Below are positions 39,680-51,153 of a DNA stretch of 64,000 nt, in pieces. This stretch comes from an uncultured Chloroflexia bacterium (GTDB taxonomy: Bacteria; Chloroflexota; Chloroflexia; Thermomicrobiales; JALYUS01). The number at the start of each line of letters is the position of its first letter. Positions within the stretch are counted from its first letter, which is position 1. The DNA is taken from assembly GCA_963847195.1 (NCBI GenBank), contig CAWJZC010000003.1:55968-119967 (forward strand). Direction: 5' to 3'. The notes under the pieces are model-generated. The model made no database searches, was not told the origin of the DNA, and saw only the letters and a program-made list of their open reading frames with translations. A program made the translations under genes and the position numbers.

Positions 39680-41526
39680 ATGCAGATTGACGGGGCCGCG
39701 CCAGCGTCCGGCCTGACGCCGGAGGAGCAAATCGAACAGACCCGGCGCATCAAGTGGGTGCCGCGCCCCCCGAAGGCGAAAGCGCGCCCGAGGGCCACCG
39801 ACACGCCCGGAGCCGAAATCAGGCGCGCCACCCCGGTCATCCCCACACCGGAAATCGACCTCGAACCCGAGCCTATCCCGACGCTCGTCATGCCGCCGAA
39901 CGCGCCATCGACCATCGAAATCCGTCAGATCACGCCGCAGGTGACTCCCGTCGCGGCCCGGGCGCGCGTGGCGATGGGCCGGTCCGTCGCGGTGGTCGGG
40001 CTCGCCTTCATCGCCAACCGCGTGCTCGGCTTGCTGCGGGATGTGATCATCGCGGGCAAGTTCGGCACGCGCGCGGACCTCGACGCCTACTACGCCGCCT
40101 TCCGCATCCCGGACTTCCTCTTCCTCGTCATCGCCTCCGGCGCGTTCGGCGCGGCCTTCATCCCGATCTTCACCGGCTTCCTCGAACGCGACGACGAGAC
40201 CGCCGCCTGGGTACTGGCGAGCAGCGTCCTCAATACCGCCTTCTACGCCCTCACCGCGCTCTCCGCGCATCGGCTTCTTCCTCGCCGGGCCGCTCGTCCG
40301 GACGATTGTCGCGCCCGGCCTGACCGCCGCGCAGCAGCACCTCGCGACCGATCTGACGCGCGTGCTGCTCCTGCAGCCGCTCTTCCTCGGCCTCGGCGGG
40401 GCGGCGATGGGCATCCTGAACGCGCAGAACCGCTTCCTCTGGCCCGCCCTCGCGCCCGTCACCTACAACCTCGGCATCATCTTCGGCGCGCTCGTCCTCG
40501 CGCCCCGCTACGGCGTCAAGGGGCTGGCGTACGGCGTCGTGATCGGCGCGGTCGGCCACTTCCTCACGCAACTGCCCGCCCTGGCGCGCGTGATGCGCTA
40601 CTACCCCGTCGTCTCGCTGCGCGTGCCGGGGATGCGGCAGGTCGGCGTGCTGCTCGTGCCGCGCATGTTCGGGCAGGCGGTCTTCGCGCTCAATTTCGTC
40701 ATCGTGACGAACTTCGCCTCCCGGCTCGGCGAGGGGCGCGTCTCCGGCTTCCAGTACGGCTACACGCTCTTCCTGCTGCCGCACGGCGTCTTCGCCCTCT
40801 CCGCCGCGACGGTGCTCTTCCCCACCCTCTCGCGCCTCGCCGGGGCGGGCGATTGGGAGCAGTTCCGCTCGCAGTACGCCGGGACGCTGCGGAGCGTCCT
40901 CTTCTTCGTCGTGCCCGCCACCGCCGGCGCTGATCGCCTTGCGCACGGCGATCCCCGAGGCGATCTATCAACTCGGCGCATTCAACAGCACCTCGACCGA
41001 CCCTGACCGCGACCGCCCTCGGCGCGCTGGCGACGGGCCTGATCGCCTACGCGGTCGTCGAGATCGTCACGCGCGCCTTCTACGCCTTGCAGGATACGCG
41101 CACGCCGGTGATCGCGGGGGTGCTCACCATTGCCCTCAATCTGCCGCTCAGTTGGACCCTGAGCAAGGCGTTCGGCCTCGGCGGCCTCGGCCTCAGCCTC
41201 GCGCTGACGACCTGGCTGGAGATGGCGATCCTGCTCATCGTCCTCCGCCGCCGGATGGGCGTCATCGCGCCGGGGCTGACCGCGTCGCTCGTGCGCATCT
41301 TCTGGGCGACCGCCGCGATGACCGTTGTGCTGATGCCCTGCTCGTGGCTGCTGCACGCGACTGCATCGCACGACCGGCAAGAGCATCGCGCAACTCGCCT
41401 TCTTCCTCGTCACGCTCGGCATCGGCGCGGCCGTCTATCTCGGCGTCTCCTCATGGCTCGGCGTCGAGGAAGTGGCAGCGCGTCCGCGCGATGGTCCTGC
41501 GCCGCCTCGGGCGCGGAGCCCGATGA
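39680..41526 (+). pseudogene. murJ: Lipid II flippase MurJ (MviN) with N-terminal extension, about 5 apparent 1-nt insertions (near 40268, 40930, 41000, 41365, 41490)
   Basis: AFIANRVLGLLRDVIIAGKFGTRADLDAYYAAFRIPDFLFLVIASGAFGAAFIPIF / IGFFLAGPLV..LLLQPLFLGLGGAAMGILNAQNRFLWPALAPVTYNLGII.. / TAIPEAIYQLGAF / ALATGLIAYAVVEIVTRAFYALQDTRTPV.. / GKSIAQLAFFLVTLGIGAAVY / RVRAMVLRRL. Frames step 2,0,1,2,0,1. Confidence 0.85.
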
Positions 41527-41546
41527 CGAGGAGACTCCCTTCTCAG

Positions 41547-41606
41547 TGGCGGCGGGCTTCAGCCTGCCGCAGATGACCCGTTCGGCAGGCTGAAGCCCGC
41601 CGCCAT
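41547..41606. terminator. Perfect 23-bp stem hairpin downstream of murJ (no U-tract)
   Basis: TGGCGGCGGGCTTCAGCCTGCCG (41547-41569), 14-nt loop, then CGGCAGGCTGAAGCCCGCCGCCA (41584-41606). Confidence 0.5.
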
Positions 41607-41631
41607 GCGTTCAGCGTGAGAGGAGCAAACG

Positions 41632-42597
41632 TTGGTGAGGCTGTCGGTGTTGGTCGAAGGGGCGCATGGATTGACGTGGCCGCGCTGGAAGGAGTTCATC
41701 CGCGAGGTCGAGCGGATGGGATTCACGGGGCTGTACGGCTCCGACCATTTCACGCTCGCGGCCGCGCCGCCGGACAAGGATTCGCTGGAACTGATCGTCT
41801 CGCTCACCTATGCCGCGGATCACAGCGAGCGGCTGACGCTCGGCCAACTCGTCTCGCCCGTCTCATTCCGCGATCCGGTGATGCTGACGCGCCAGATGCT
41901 CGCGCTCGACGACCTGAGCGGCGGGCGGATGGTCTTCGGCGTCGGCGCGGGCTGGAATGTGCGCGAGCACGCGATGTTCGGCTACCGACTCGGCGAGATC
42001 AAGACGCGGATGGATCGCTTCGCGGAGTCGCTGGAAGTGATTACCCTCCTGATGCGCAGCGACGGGCCCGTCTCGCTACTCCGGCACCTACTATCACCTC
42101 GAAGAAGCGACGGTGCTGCCACGCCCGCAACGGCCTGGTGGCCCGCCGCTGCTGATCGGTGGCGGCGGCCCGAAGCGCACGCTTCCCCTCGTCGCGCGCT
42201 ACGCGGACATCTGGAACGCCGTGATGATTACCCCGGAAGCTTGCGGGAGAAGTTGGCGCTGCTCGACGCGCTGATCGTGGCGGCAGGGCGACAACCGGGC
42301 GATGTCGCGCGCACGCTGATGACGCCGGTCTACTGCGGGCGGAGCACCGCCGAGCTCGCCCAGCGAGCCAGCGGCCGCCGTGCCACTCCCGCCCTCACCG
42401 ACCTTTCCGACGAGGATCTGGTGGAGCAGCAACGCGGACGCGGCGCGATCATGGGCACGCCGGACGAAGTCGTCGAGCGCATCCGGGTCTACGAAGCGTT
42501 GGGCATCGAGGAGATTATGGTCCAATGGTTCGCACTGGACGACCTCGACGGATTGCGGGAGATTGCTGAGTACGTGCTGCCACGAGTGGGGGGATAA
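41632..42597 (+). pseudogene. Luciferase-like (LLM-class, probably F420-dependent) oxidoreductase with an out-of-frame internal segment (about 42075 to 42240)
   Basis: VRLSVLVEGAHGLTWPRWKEF..GFTGLYGSDHF..LGQLVSPVSFRDPVMLTRQ..GGRMVFGVGAGW... The expected middle YSGTYYHLEEATVLPRPQRPGGPPLLIGGGGPKRTLPLVARYADIWNAV is only readable in the +1 frame. The ORF stays open in the main frame. Confidence 0.75.
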
Positions 42598-42598
42598 A

Positions 42599-42748
42599 CC
42601 TCACCCCCGGTCCTCCTCTCCTTTGCTTGTCAGCAAAGGAGAGGAGCAATACGGGGAGCAAGGATATGGGGGGTCTCCCCTCTCTATCGCCAAACGGACT
42701 TGGTATCTACCATGATCCGAGAGCGATGGAGAGGGGTCTGGGGTGAGG
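42599..42748. repeat. C/G-run hairpin repeats (CCTCACCCCCGG..CTCTCCTTTGCTTGTCAGCAAAGGAGAGG type)
   Basis: CTCTCCTTTGCTTGTCAGCAAAGGAGAGG lies within 42599-42646, and CCCCTCTCTATCG...CGATGGAGAGGGGTCTGGGGTGAGG at 42676-42748. A near-identical hairpin lies at 55885-55932. Confidence 0.85.
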
Positions 42749-42752
42749 AACC

Positions 42753-43298
42753 TTACTCCTGCGGGCGCTTGCTGGCGCGGGTCCGCAAGACGGTGCCGCC
42801 AGTGATGACGATGGTGGCCGCGATCAATGCGGCGATCATGCCCCAGTTGCGATTCCTCTGCGTCTCACCCGTCTTCGGCAACACAGACGCGGGGGTGGAG
42901 GCGGTGGTGCTCGGGGCGCCGGCCGTCGTCGGTGCGGAGCCGGCGGTGACGACGATGTTCGCGACCATGCGCGGATGGATGGCGCAATGGTAGGCGAACG
43001 AGCCGGCCTGATTGAAGGTGAAGGAGAAACTCGCGCCGTTCGCCATGTTCTTGGAGTCGAACGCGCCGGTATCGCTGGTGACAGTGTGCGCCGCCGTGTC
43101 CATGTTTGTCCAGGTCACTTTCGTCCCGACCGGTACGGTGATCGTCGCGGGCGCGAAGGCGAAGTTCTTGATCGTGATCTGCATGTCAGCGGCGGCGGTA
43201 CTCGTCGCACTCGCGCCAACGATCAGCCAGAGCAGGCCCACGAGCAACAGAATATGTGCCATGTACTTGATCCGTCGCAACCGTCCAAAGAGGCGCAT
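42753..43298 (-). CDS. Cupredoxin (plastocyanin/amicyanin-like blue copper protein) with signal peptide and C-terminal LPXTG-type sorting signal
   Basis: Type-1 Cu ligand pattern: TWTNMDTAAHTVTS ... AYHCAIHPRM. C-terminus LPKTGE + hydrophobic WGMIAALIAATIVITGG + basic RTRASKR. SD GGGGAGGAA precedes ATG 43298. Confidence 0.8.
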   Translation of the reverse strand: MRLFGRLRRIKYMAHILLLVGLLWLIVGASATSTAAADMQITIKNFAFAPATITVPVGTKVTWTNMDTAAHTVTSDTGAFDSKNMANGASFSFTFNQAGSFAYHCAIHPRMVANIVVTAGSAPTTAGAPSTTASTPASVLPKTGETQRNRNWGMIAALIAATIVITGGTVLRTRASKRPQE

Positions 43299-43515
43299 AA
43301 CCAAATTCCTCCCCTCGCGGACACACGTCCGCATACCGCGTCGTGAAGCGCAGATCGCCGTCACTCTGTCGTACGTCGCTTCATTGCTCACTACGCCGAT
43401 TGGAGGGGATGTGGATTGCTTACCGCATTGACTGTCCCGCTCCATCGCCGCGTAGATGTGACAGGGATCACAGCACAGGGGGCGATGGAGCGGGGCAGGG
43501 GGTGGGGATAGATTG

Positions 43516-43941
43516 CTACTCGCGCTCCCGGACACCGCCGATGAGAGAGCTTTCTTCCGCATGGAGGCGGCGATTCGGGCGCGGCGCGTGGGAGACGGTG
43601 ATGTTTTCCGGCTTCGGCATGTGCGTCGGCAGGAGTTCCGAGGCGAAGACAGGCACGGGCACGCCCGGCTCCTCGCCGGGGAGCGCGAAGTCGAGCGAGA
43701 CGGAATAGACCGTCTCGCCGCCCGCCGCACCGCCCGGCGCTTCGCTGCCGACGATCTCGCCCATGCGCCCCTCGTACGGGTTCGGCAAACCCGGCTCCGA
43801 GCGCACGACAACGCGCGACCCCGGCTCGAACCGCCGCTCGCGCATCCCGCCTGAATGGACGAACCGCCGCTCGATGTGGTGCGACGGCTTGTGGCTGCCA
43901 CCCTGATAACGCATTCTGTTCCCGCTCCCATGCATAATCAT
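43516..43941 (-). CDS. Hypothetical protein
   Basis: ORF with a plausible core RFEPGSRVVVRSEPGLPNPYEGRMGEIVGSE...TVYSVSLDFALPGEEPGVPVPVFASELLP. The start is uncertain and no family is recognised. Confidence 0.3.
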   Translation of the reverse strand: MIMHGSGNRMRYQGGSHKPSHHIERRFVHSGGMRERRFEPGSRVVVRSEPGLPNPYEGRMGEIVGSEAPGGAAGGETVYSVSLDFALPGEEPGVPVPVFASELLPTHMPKPENITVSHAPRPNRRLHAEESSLIGGVRERE

Positions 43942-44159
43942 GCCCGCAGGCTGCACGCCCGCGCTACCGATGTGATGGTTAGTGTACCGGAATATGTGGC
44001 ATGGGAGCAAGATGGGAAAGAGCCGGGAGTGAGGGCGCAATCTGGTATACTTCCCCTGTCCGGCACACCGGGCAGTGAGACGGCGCAGCGCGGGCGCAGG
44101 CAAGATGCGTCGCGCCACGCCGCTTTTTCGAGTGAGCACGCGAGACAAGAACGGATCGC

Positions 44160-45985
<1,826 letters not shown>

Positions 45986-46184
45986 CCTTTCGTGGGGCGA
46001 AGGGGCGTATTCGCCTTACGCGCTCCGGGAAGCGCAGCGACTCGTCGTCGGGATTGCGTGATGGCGATTTCGTCCCGGCAAGAAATGGAGCGATGCGGTC
46101 GGACTGACCGGCAACGCTCCGGGCATGCGGTATGATTGGTGCGCCACCGCGTTTTCTGCGCCGATGCGCGATGCGAGGACCGCC

Positions 46185-49100
46185 ATGCAGCACGCACCGG
46201 ATGCGCCGTACGTCTTTATCTCCTATGCCAGCGCCGATCGCGAGCGCGTCCTGCCCCTCGTCGATGCCCTCGCGCGCGCCGGGGTAACGGTCTGGATCGA
46301 CCGCGAGGGCATCCACGGCGGCGCGAACTACGGCCGGGAGATCGCCAAGGCGATCAAGGGGTCGGCGGCGCTCATGCTCATGGCATCCTCGATGTCACTG
46401 GCGTCCCGGAATGTCAAGCAGGAGATCGCGGTGGCATGGGAGTACGAGCGCCCCTACCTGCCGCTGCTCCTCGAACCCGTCGCCATCCCGGATGACCTCA
46501 AATACTGGCTGACCGCCGCCCAGTGGATCGAGGTGCTGGACAGACCCGAAGTCGCGTGGCTGCCGCGGGTGCTCACCGCGCTCCAACCGCTCGGCGTCAT
46601 CCCAACGGCCCAACCGCGCGAGGAAGATCAACTCGCAGGCCGGGAACGCGAACTCGGGCTGCTCCGAGACAAACTCGCCGCCGCGAAAGCGGGCGAGGGC
46701 GGGCTGGTGCTGATCGGCGGGGAGGCGGGCGTGGGCAAGACGACGCTCGCCGATGCCGTGCTGCGGGAGGCGGCGTGGCAGGGGTTCGCCGTGCTGGAAG
46801 GGCACTGCTTCGACCTCGCCGAGACGCCGCCGTACGGGCCCTTCATCGACCTCTTCGCCCGTTTCCGTCCGTCGCCCTCCTCTCCCCCGCTGCCCGACGC
46901 CTTCAAGGAGCGGGGGACGGTCGGGGCGGTGCCCAGCCAGATGGCGCTCTTCGTGCAGGTGCAGGACTTCCTCGCCGCGCTGAGCGGGCAACAGCCCATC
47001 GCGGCGCTGCTCGATGATCTCCACTGGGCAGACCCCGCCTCGCTCGACCTGCTACGCTTCCTCGCCCGCTCGATCGGCGGACCTGCCGCTGCTGATCTTC
47101 GTCACTTACCGTTCGGACGAACTGACCCGCCGGAACCTGCTCTCTGCCCTGCTGCCCCAGTTAGCCCGCGAGGCGGGGGCGACACGCCTCGCCCTCGGCA
47201 GCCTCGACGACGATGCCGTACGGGCAGTGGTGAGCGCGCGCTACGGCTTGCCGGACGCCGATACCGACCGGCTCGCCGCCTATCTCCAATCGCGCGCCGA
47301 GGGGAACGCCCTTTTCGTCGGCGAACTCCTGCATTCGCTGGAAGAAAGCGGCCTCTTGACGCGCGAGGGCGACGTGTGGCGGCTCGCCGCCTTGACCGCG
47401 ACCGCCGTTCCCGCCCTGCTGCGGCAGGTCATCGACGCTCGGGTAGGCCGGTTGGACGACGAGAGCCAGCGACTGCTCGCGGTCGCCGCCGCCATCGGGC
47501 AGGAGGTGCCGCTCGCGGTCTGGGCGGCGGCGGGAGAGGCGGACGAGGAGACGCTGCTCGACCTCGCGGAGCGCGGGGAGGAGGCGCGGCTGCTGGTGGC
47601 CGGGAGCGACGGGGAGGCGGTGCGCTTCGCCCATGCATTGATCCGGGAAGCCTTGTACGAGGGGATCGCGCCGCTGCGCCGCGCCCGCCTCCATCGGGGC
47701 GTCGCCGACATCCTGCTCGCGCAGCCGCAGCCCGACCCGGATGCGCTCGTCCACCACCTGCGCGCCGCGCGCGACCCCCGGCTCGGCCACTGGCTTTTCG
47801 AGGCGGGCACGCGGGCGTTCCAGGCGTCGGCGCAGGCGACGGCGATCGCCCGCTTCGAGGAGGCGCTGCCCCTGCTCGCCGGGCCGGACGATGCGATGGA
47901 CCGCTACGTCGCGCTCTACCGCCTGACCATCCTGCGCGTCTCCGAACCCGCCGCCGTGGACGATGCGGAGGAGGCGGTGCGGGTCGCGGAGGAGATGGGG
48001 GACCGAGGTGCTCGCGGCGTGCGCCCTCTCGCGGCTCGGCTTCCTGCGGGGCTACCACGGAGACATCCCGACCGGGCTGGCGGAATTGGAGCGGGCGGCC
48101 CCGGTGCTCGCGGCCCATCCCGACTTCATCTTCCGCGCGGCCTCGGTGCCGGTCAAGCGCCGCCAATGTCGCCCGGGGCAACCTCGCCAGCGCGCTCACG
48201 GCCGTGGGTCGGCTGCACGAGGCGCGGGCGCTGGCGTCGGGGGTGGCGCTGCTGCAACAACGCCTACCTCGCGCTGATTGCGAGCGAGGGAATGCTCGGC
48301 CACCCCGAAGCGGCGCGGGCCGCCGCGCGGGCGTACATCGTCGCCCTCTCCGCCAAGGACATAGATGTCGGCTTCGCGTATCTCCTGGACTTGAACCATG
48401 CGCTCGTGCCCTATCATGCCGACGATGCGGGGGAGGTGCGACGGCTCGCCGCTGCGGCGGAGGCGCGGTTCGAGCGGATGGGGGAGGAGGCGCGCGGCTT
48501 CCCGCCGCGCCTCGCGCAGGTGGCTCCCTTGGTCCTCCATGGAGAGTGGGAGGAGGCGCTCATCTTCCTACCGTACGCCCGCCGCGTGCGCCATTTGTTG
48601 CAATCAAACATCTGGGCCGTCCCGCTGTATGCGGTCGTGGTGCGGGCGCGGGGGGAGCGGGGACTGGGGTGGGAGATGGTGCGCGAGATGTTCCCGGCGG
48701 GGCCGGGTACGGAGCCGGGGGCGATGCCGTTCCGGTACGCGCAGGCGATGCAGCGGCTGGGGGCGGCGCTGGCGCTGGACGAAGGCGACCAAGCGACGGC
48801 AAAAGAGTGGCTGGAGACGCACGATCGCTGGCTCGCCTGGTCGGGGGCGGTCCCGGGGCGGTCGGAAGGGCAGTTGCTATGGGCAGAGTACCACCGGCAG
48901 GCGGGCGACATGGAGAAGGCGAGGGAGCATGCCGAACGCGCTCATGCCATGGCGAACGAACCGCGCCAACCGCTCGCGCTGCTCGCCGCCCATCGACTGC
49001 TCGGCGAACTCGATGCCGACGCGGGCCGGTACGAGGACGCGGCCCAGCATCTCGATGCGGCGCTCGCCCTCGCGACCGCGTGCGAGGCGCCGTACGAGCG

Positions 49101-49263
49101 GGCGCTGACGCTGCTCGCGCTGGCCGAGCTGGGCGCCGCGACGGGGGAGACCGAGGAGGCGGTACGCCTGCTCACCGAGGTGCGGGCGATCTGCGGGCCG
49201 CTCGGCGCGACGCCCGCCCTCGCCCGCACCGATGCGCTGGCCGCCCGCATCGGCGTCACCTGA
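46185..49263 (+). pseudogene. TIR domain - P-loop STAND (AAA_16-like) NTPase - TPR-like repeat protein, about 1025 aa; four apparent 1-nt insertions (near 47075, 48005, 48155, 48262)
   Basis: TIR-like N-terminus YVFISYASADRERVLPLVDALARAGVTVWIDREGIHGGANYGREIAKAIKGSAALMLMASSMSLASRNVKQEIAVAWE. Then LAGRERELGLL..Walker A GGEAGVGKTTL, Walker B AALLDDLHWADPASLDLLRFL, an LLIFVTYRSDEL segment, and a helical-repeat C-terminus (..DMEKAREHAERAHAMA..GRYEDAAQHLDAALALA..). Frames step 0,1,2,0,1. Confidence 0.75.
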
Positions 49264-49575
49264 CGGCCCCCGAGCGGCATAGGAGCGAAGGCTCAAGGCC
49301 GGTCGAGGATCTTGAGAGAGGTTGTACGAGATTCACGACGCCGTTCTGATCGTTGTTGTCGTCCGCGTTGGGCACCGCCGCGAGGTAGAGCGGTAGAGAA
49401 CGCCATGCCGAGTCAGAACACCTCGCGCGAATCGGCGTATCGGGGCTGCCTGCCTCTCGTCATTACCGCTCATGCGACGGGTCGCATGACCTTTCCCGAT
49501 CAAAGGATGCGGGATCATCGTATACACGATTCGCCCCGTCCCCGGCAGCGCGCGTCACCATCGAAAGAACGGCGC

Positions 49576-50409
49576 TCACGGTGCCGGTTCGAAGGCGGCG
49601 CAGAGCATCCCGAAATAGGTCGGCGCTTCGTAGGAGAGGAACTCGCCCCGCCACGCATCGCCGATCGCGCCGGAGAGCATCAGCATCTGCCAGAATGAGT
49701 CCGCCTTCGCCGCGGCGACCAGCGCCGGGTCGATCTCCTGCACGCCGGTGAGATGGTTTGCTTTGATCAGATCCACGACATGATTGTCGTACTCGGCGGC
49801 GGCGGGATCGAAGCCGTAGGGCCCGTCCGCGAGGTGGGCGTGGCCGTGGTCCGAACTGGCGATCATCGCGACGCGCTTGCCGGAGGCCGCCGCCAGCGCC
49901 GCCAATGCCTGCCCGGCGCGCACATGATCCGCCGGTGAGTGATCTCGCGCCGGGCTGATGACGACGATCGGCACCTGCGGCTCCGACCGGCCACCCATGA
50001 ACCAGAGGGGGATCAAGACTCCCCAGTCCATCGGCGCGGTCGCGCCCTTCGCATCGTTGCCGCCATAGCTGATGCCGACCGCCGGGACATCCGCCGCGTT
50101 GAGGGCATCGATCGCGGCGCGCGCCAGATCGCGGTCGGTCGGGCAGTGCAACTCGATCTTCTCTTTCGTCCAGTCGGAGAGCGACCCGGCGAGCGTGCCC
50201 GCCGTGACGACCGCCATCGCTCCCTCCACATGGACATTGTGCGGCGTGAAGATGATCGTCGCGTCCGGGCGGGCGGCGGCAAAGCGGCGGCCAAGGTCCG
50301 CCATCGCTTCCTGCGTCTTCGTGGCGAGGCCGCGCTCTTCCGGCGCGCACGCCTCGGGGATCGCCAGGCTGCCGTGCGGCGCGATCGCGGCAAAAACCAA
50401 CCCACTCAT
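49576..50409 (-). CDS. Class III extradiol dioxygenase subunit B-like (LigB-family) protein
   Basis: MSGLVFAAIAPHGSLAIPE...TIIFTPHNVHVEG...MIASSDHGHAH. SD AAGGAGGAGG precedes ATG 50409. Confidence 0.6.
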   Translation of the reverse strand: MSGLVFAAIAPHGSLAIPEACAPEERGLATKTQEAMADLGRRFAAARPDATIIFTPHNVHVEGAMAVVTAGTLAGSLSDWTKEKIELHCPTDRDLARAAIDALNAADVPAVGISYGGNDAKGATAPMDWGVLIPLWFMGGRSEPQVPIVVISPARDHSPADHVRAGQALAALAAASGKRVAMIASSDHGHAHLADGPYGFDPAAAEYDNHVVDLIKANHLTGVQEIDPALVAAAKADSFWQMLMLSGAIGDAWRGEFLSYEAPTYFGMLCAAFEPAP

Positions 50410-50483
50410 ACTGCCTCCTCCTTGCTACACAACGGACGATAATGCCCGGAGTATAGCAGCATCGGCGCACGCCGGGCGGGAGG

Positions 50484-50597
50484 AAACCGGGAGAATCGCG
50501 GAGGGCGCCGAGAGAAAGAGGATTGACGGTGCGTGCTCCAATCTTCTCTCCGTATCTCTCCGTGACCTCTGCATCCTCCTCGGTTCTCCCCGGTTTC
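50484..50597. repeat. Long imperfect palindrome, GAAAC-terminated (divergent member of the CACAGAG element family)
   Basis: GAAACCGGGAGAATCGCGGAGGGCGCCGAGAGAAAGAGG ... CTTCTCTCCGTATCTCTCCGTGACCTCTGCATCCTCCTCGGTTCTCCCCGGTTTC. Confidence 0.7.
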
Positions 50598-50669
50598 AGG
50601 TTGCGCGGCGGTGATGCGGGCGGGACGGCGTGGTCATCGCCGCGCGATATGGGGTGCGCCAGATGCCGG

Positions 50670-50996
50670 TTATGCCTTCGGGGGCTGATAGGTCAGTTCG
50701 CCTGCCTTGCGCATACCGGCCATCGCTTCTTCCACCGTGAGAAGTGGCGTCGTCTTGTAGTTGCGGAGGTGGCCGGGGGAGACGATCGCGAACGCGACGG
50801 CGGTCGCGGCGGTTGCGTCGGGCAGTTCCGCGATCGCGACGATGTCGGCGTCTCCGAGCGCATAATAGAAGCATTCCAGCCGCCCGCCCAGTTTCTCCAT
50901 CAACGCGACGATGCCGGGTGTGCGATCCTGCGGGTTCTTCGCGAGTGTCGCGAGCGCCTCCGCGGTATAGCTCGCCTGAATAAGGTAACGTGTCAT
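50670..50996 (-). CDS. GYD-domain protein
   Basis: MTRYLIQASYTAEALATLAKNPQDRTPGIVALMEKLGGRLECFYYALGDADIVAIAELPD. SD AGGGAGGGGA precedes ATG 50996. Confidence 0.75.
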   Translation of the reverse strand: MTRYLIQASYTAEALATLAKNPQDRTPGIVALMEKLGGRLECFYYALGDADIVAIAELPDATAATAVAFAIVSPGHLRNYKTTPLLTVEEAMAGMRKAGELTYQPPKA

Positions 50997-51153
50997 CGGT
51001 TCCCCTCCCTTTTCTCTCCAGGTGTCCCTGCCCGTGCGGCGAGTATAGCAGGAGAGGGCCGAGCATGACCCGCGATGCGTCACAGAACGGGTATCTGTCC
51101 GTTTCTATCAGTAGCGAATGGCACGGGCGTCATTCTTCGGGAAGGGAGCGAGG

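Noticed and set aside
38009-41526. Programmed ribosomal frameshifting or another recoding mechanism as the explanation for serial frame changes
   Set aside because: No shared slippery motif or downstream structure appears at the junctions. The events occur up to five times per gene and in unrelated genes, and single extra bases explain them. An artefact is far more likely, although reads are needed to prove it.
46125-46184. Upstream extension of the TIR protein ORF (start at 46125)
   Set aside because: The extra 20 residues (MRYDWCATAFSAPMRDARTA) precede the TIR core without adding recognisable sequence. ATG 46185 gives the usual short lead-in before the beta-A strand YVFISY. The true start is still unproven.
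49264-49575. 312-nt convergent spacer after the TIR gene, with a perfect palindrome TCATGCGAC-GG-GTCGCATGA (49468-49487) and short ORFs
   Set aside because: The ORFs have no convincing start, SD or homology. A single 9-bp palindrome between two gene ends has no obvious regulatory target. I note it only as a possible remnant.
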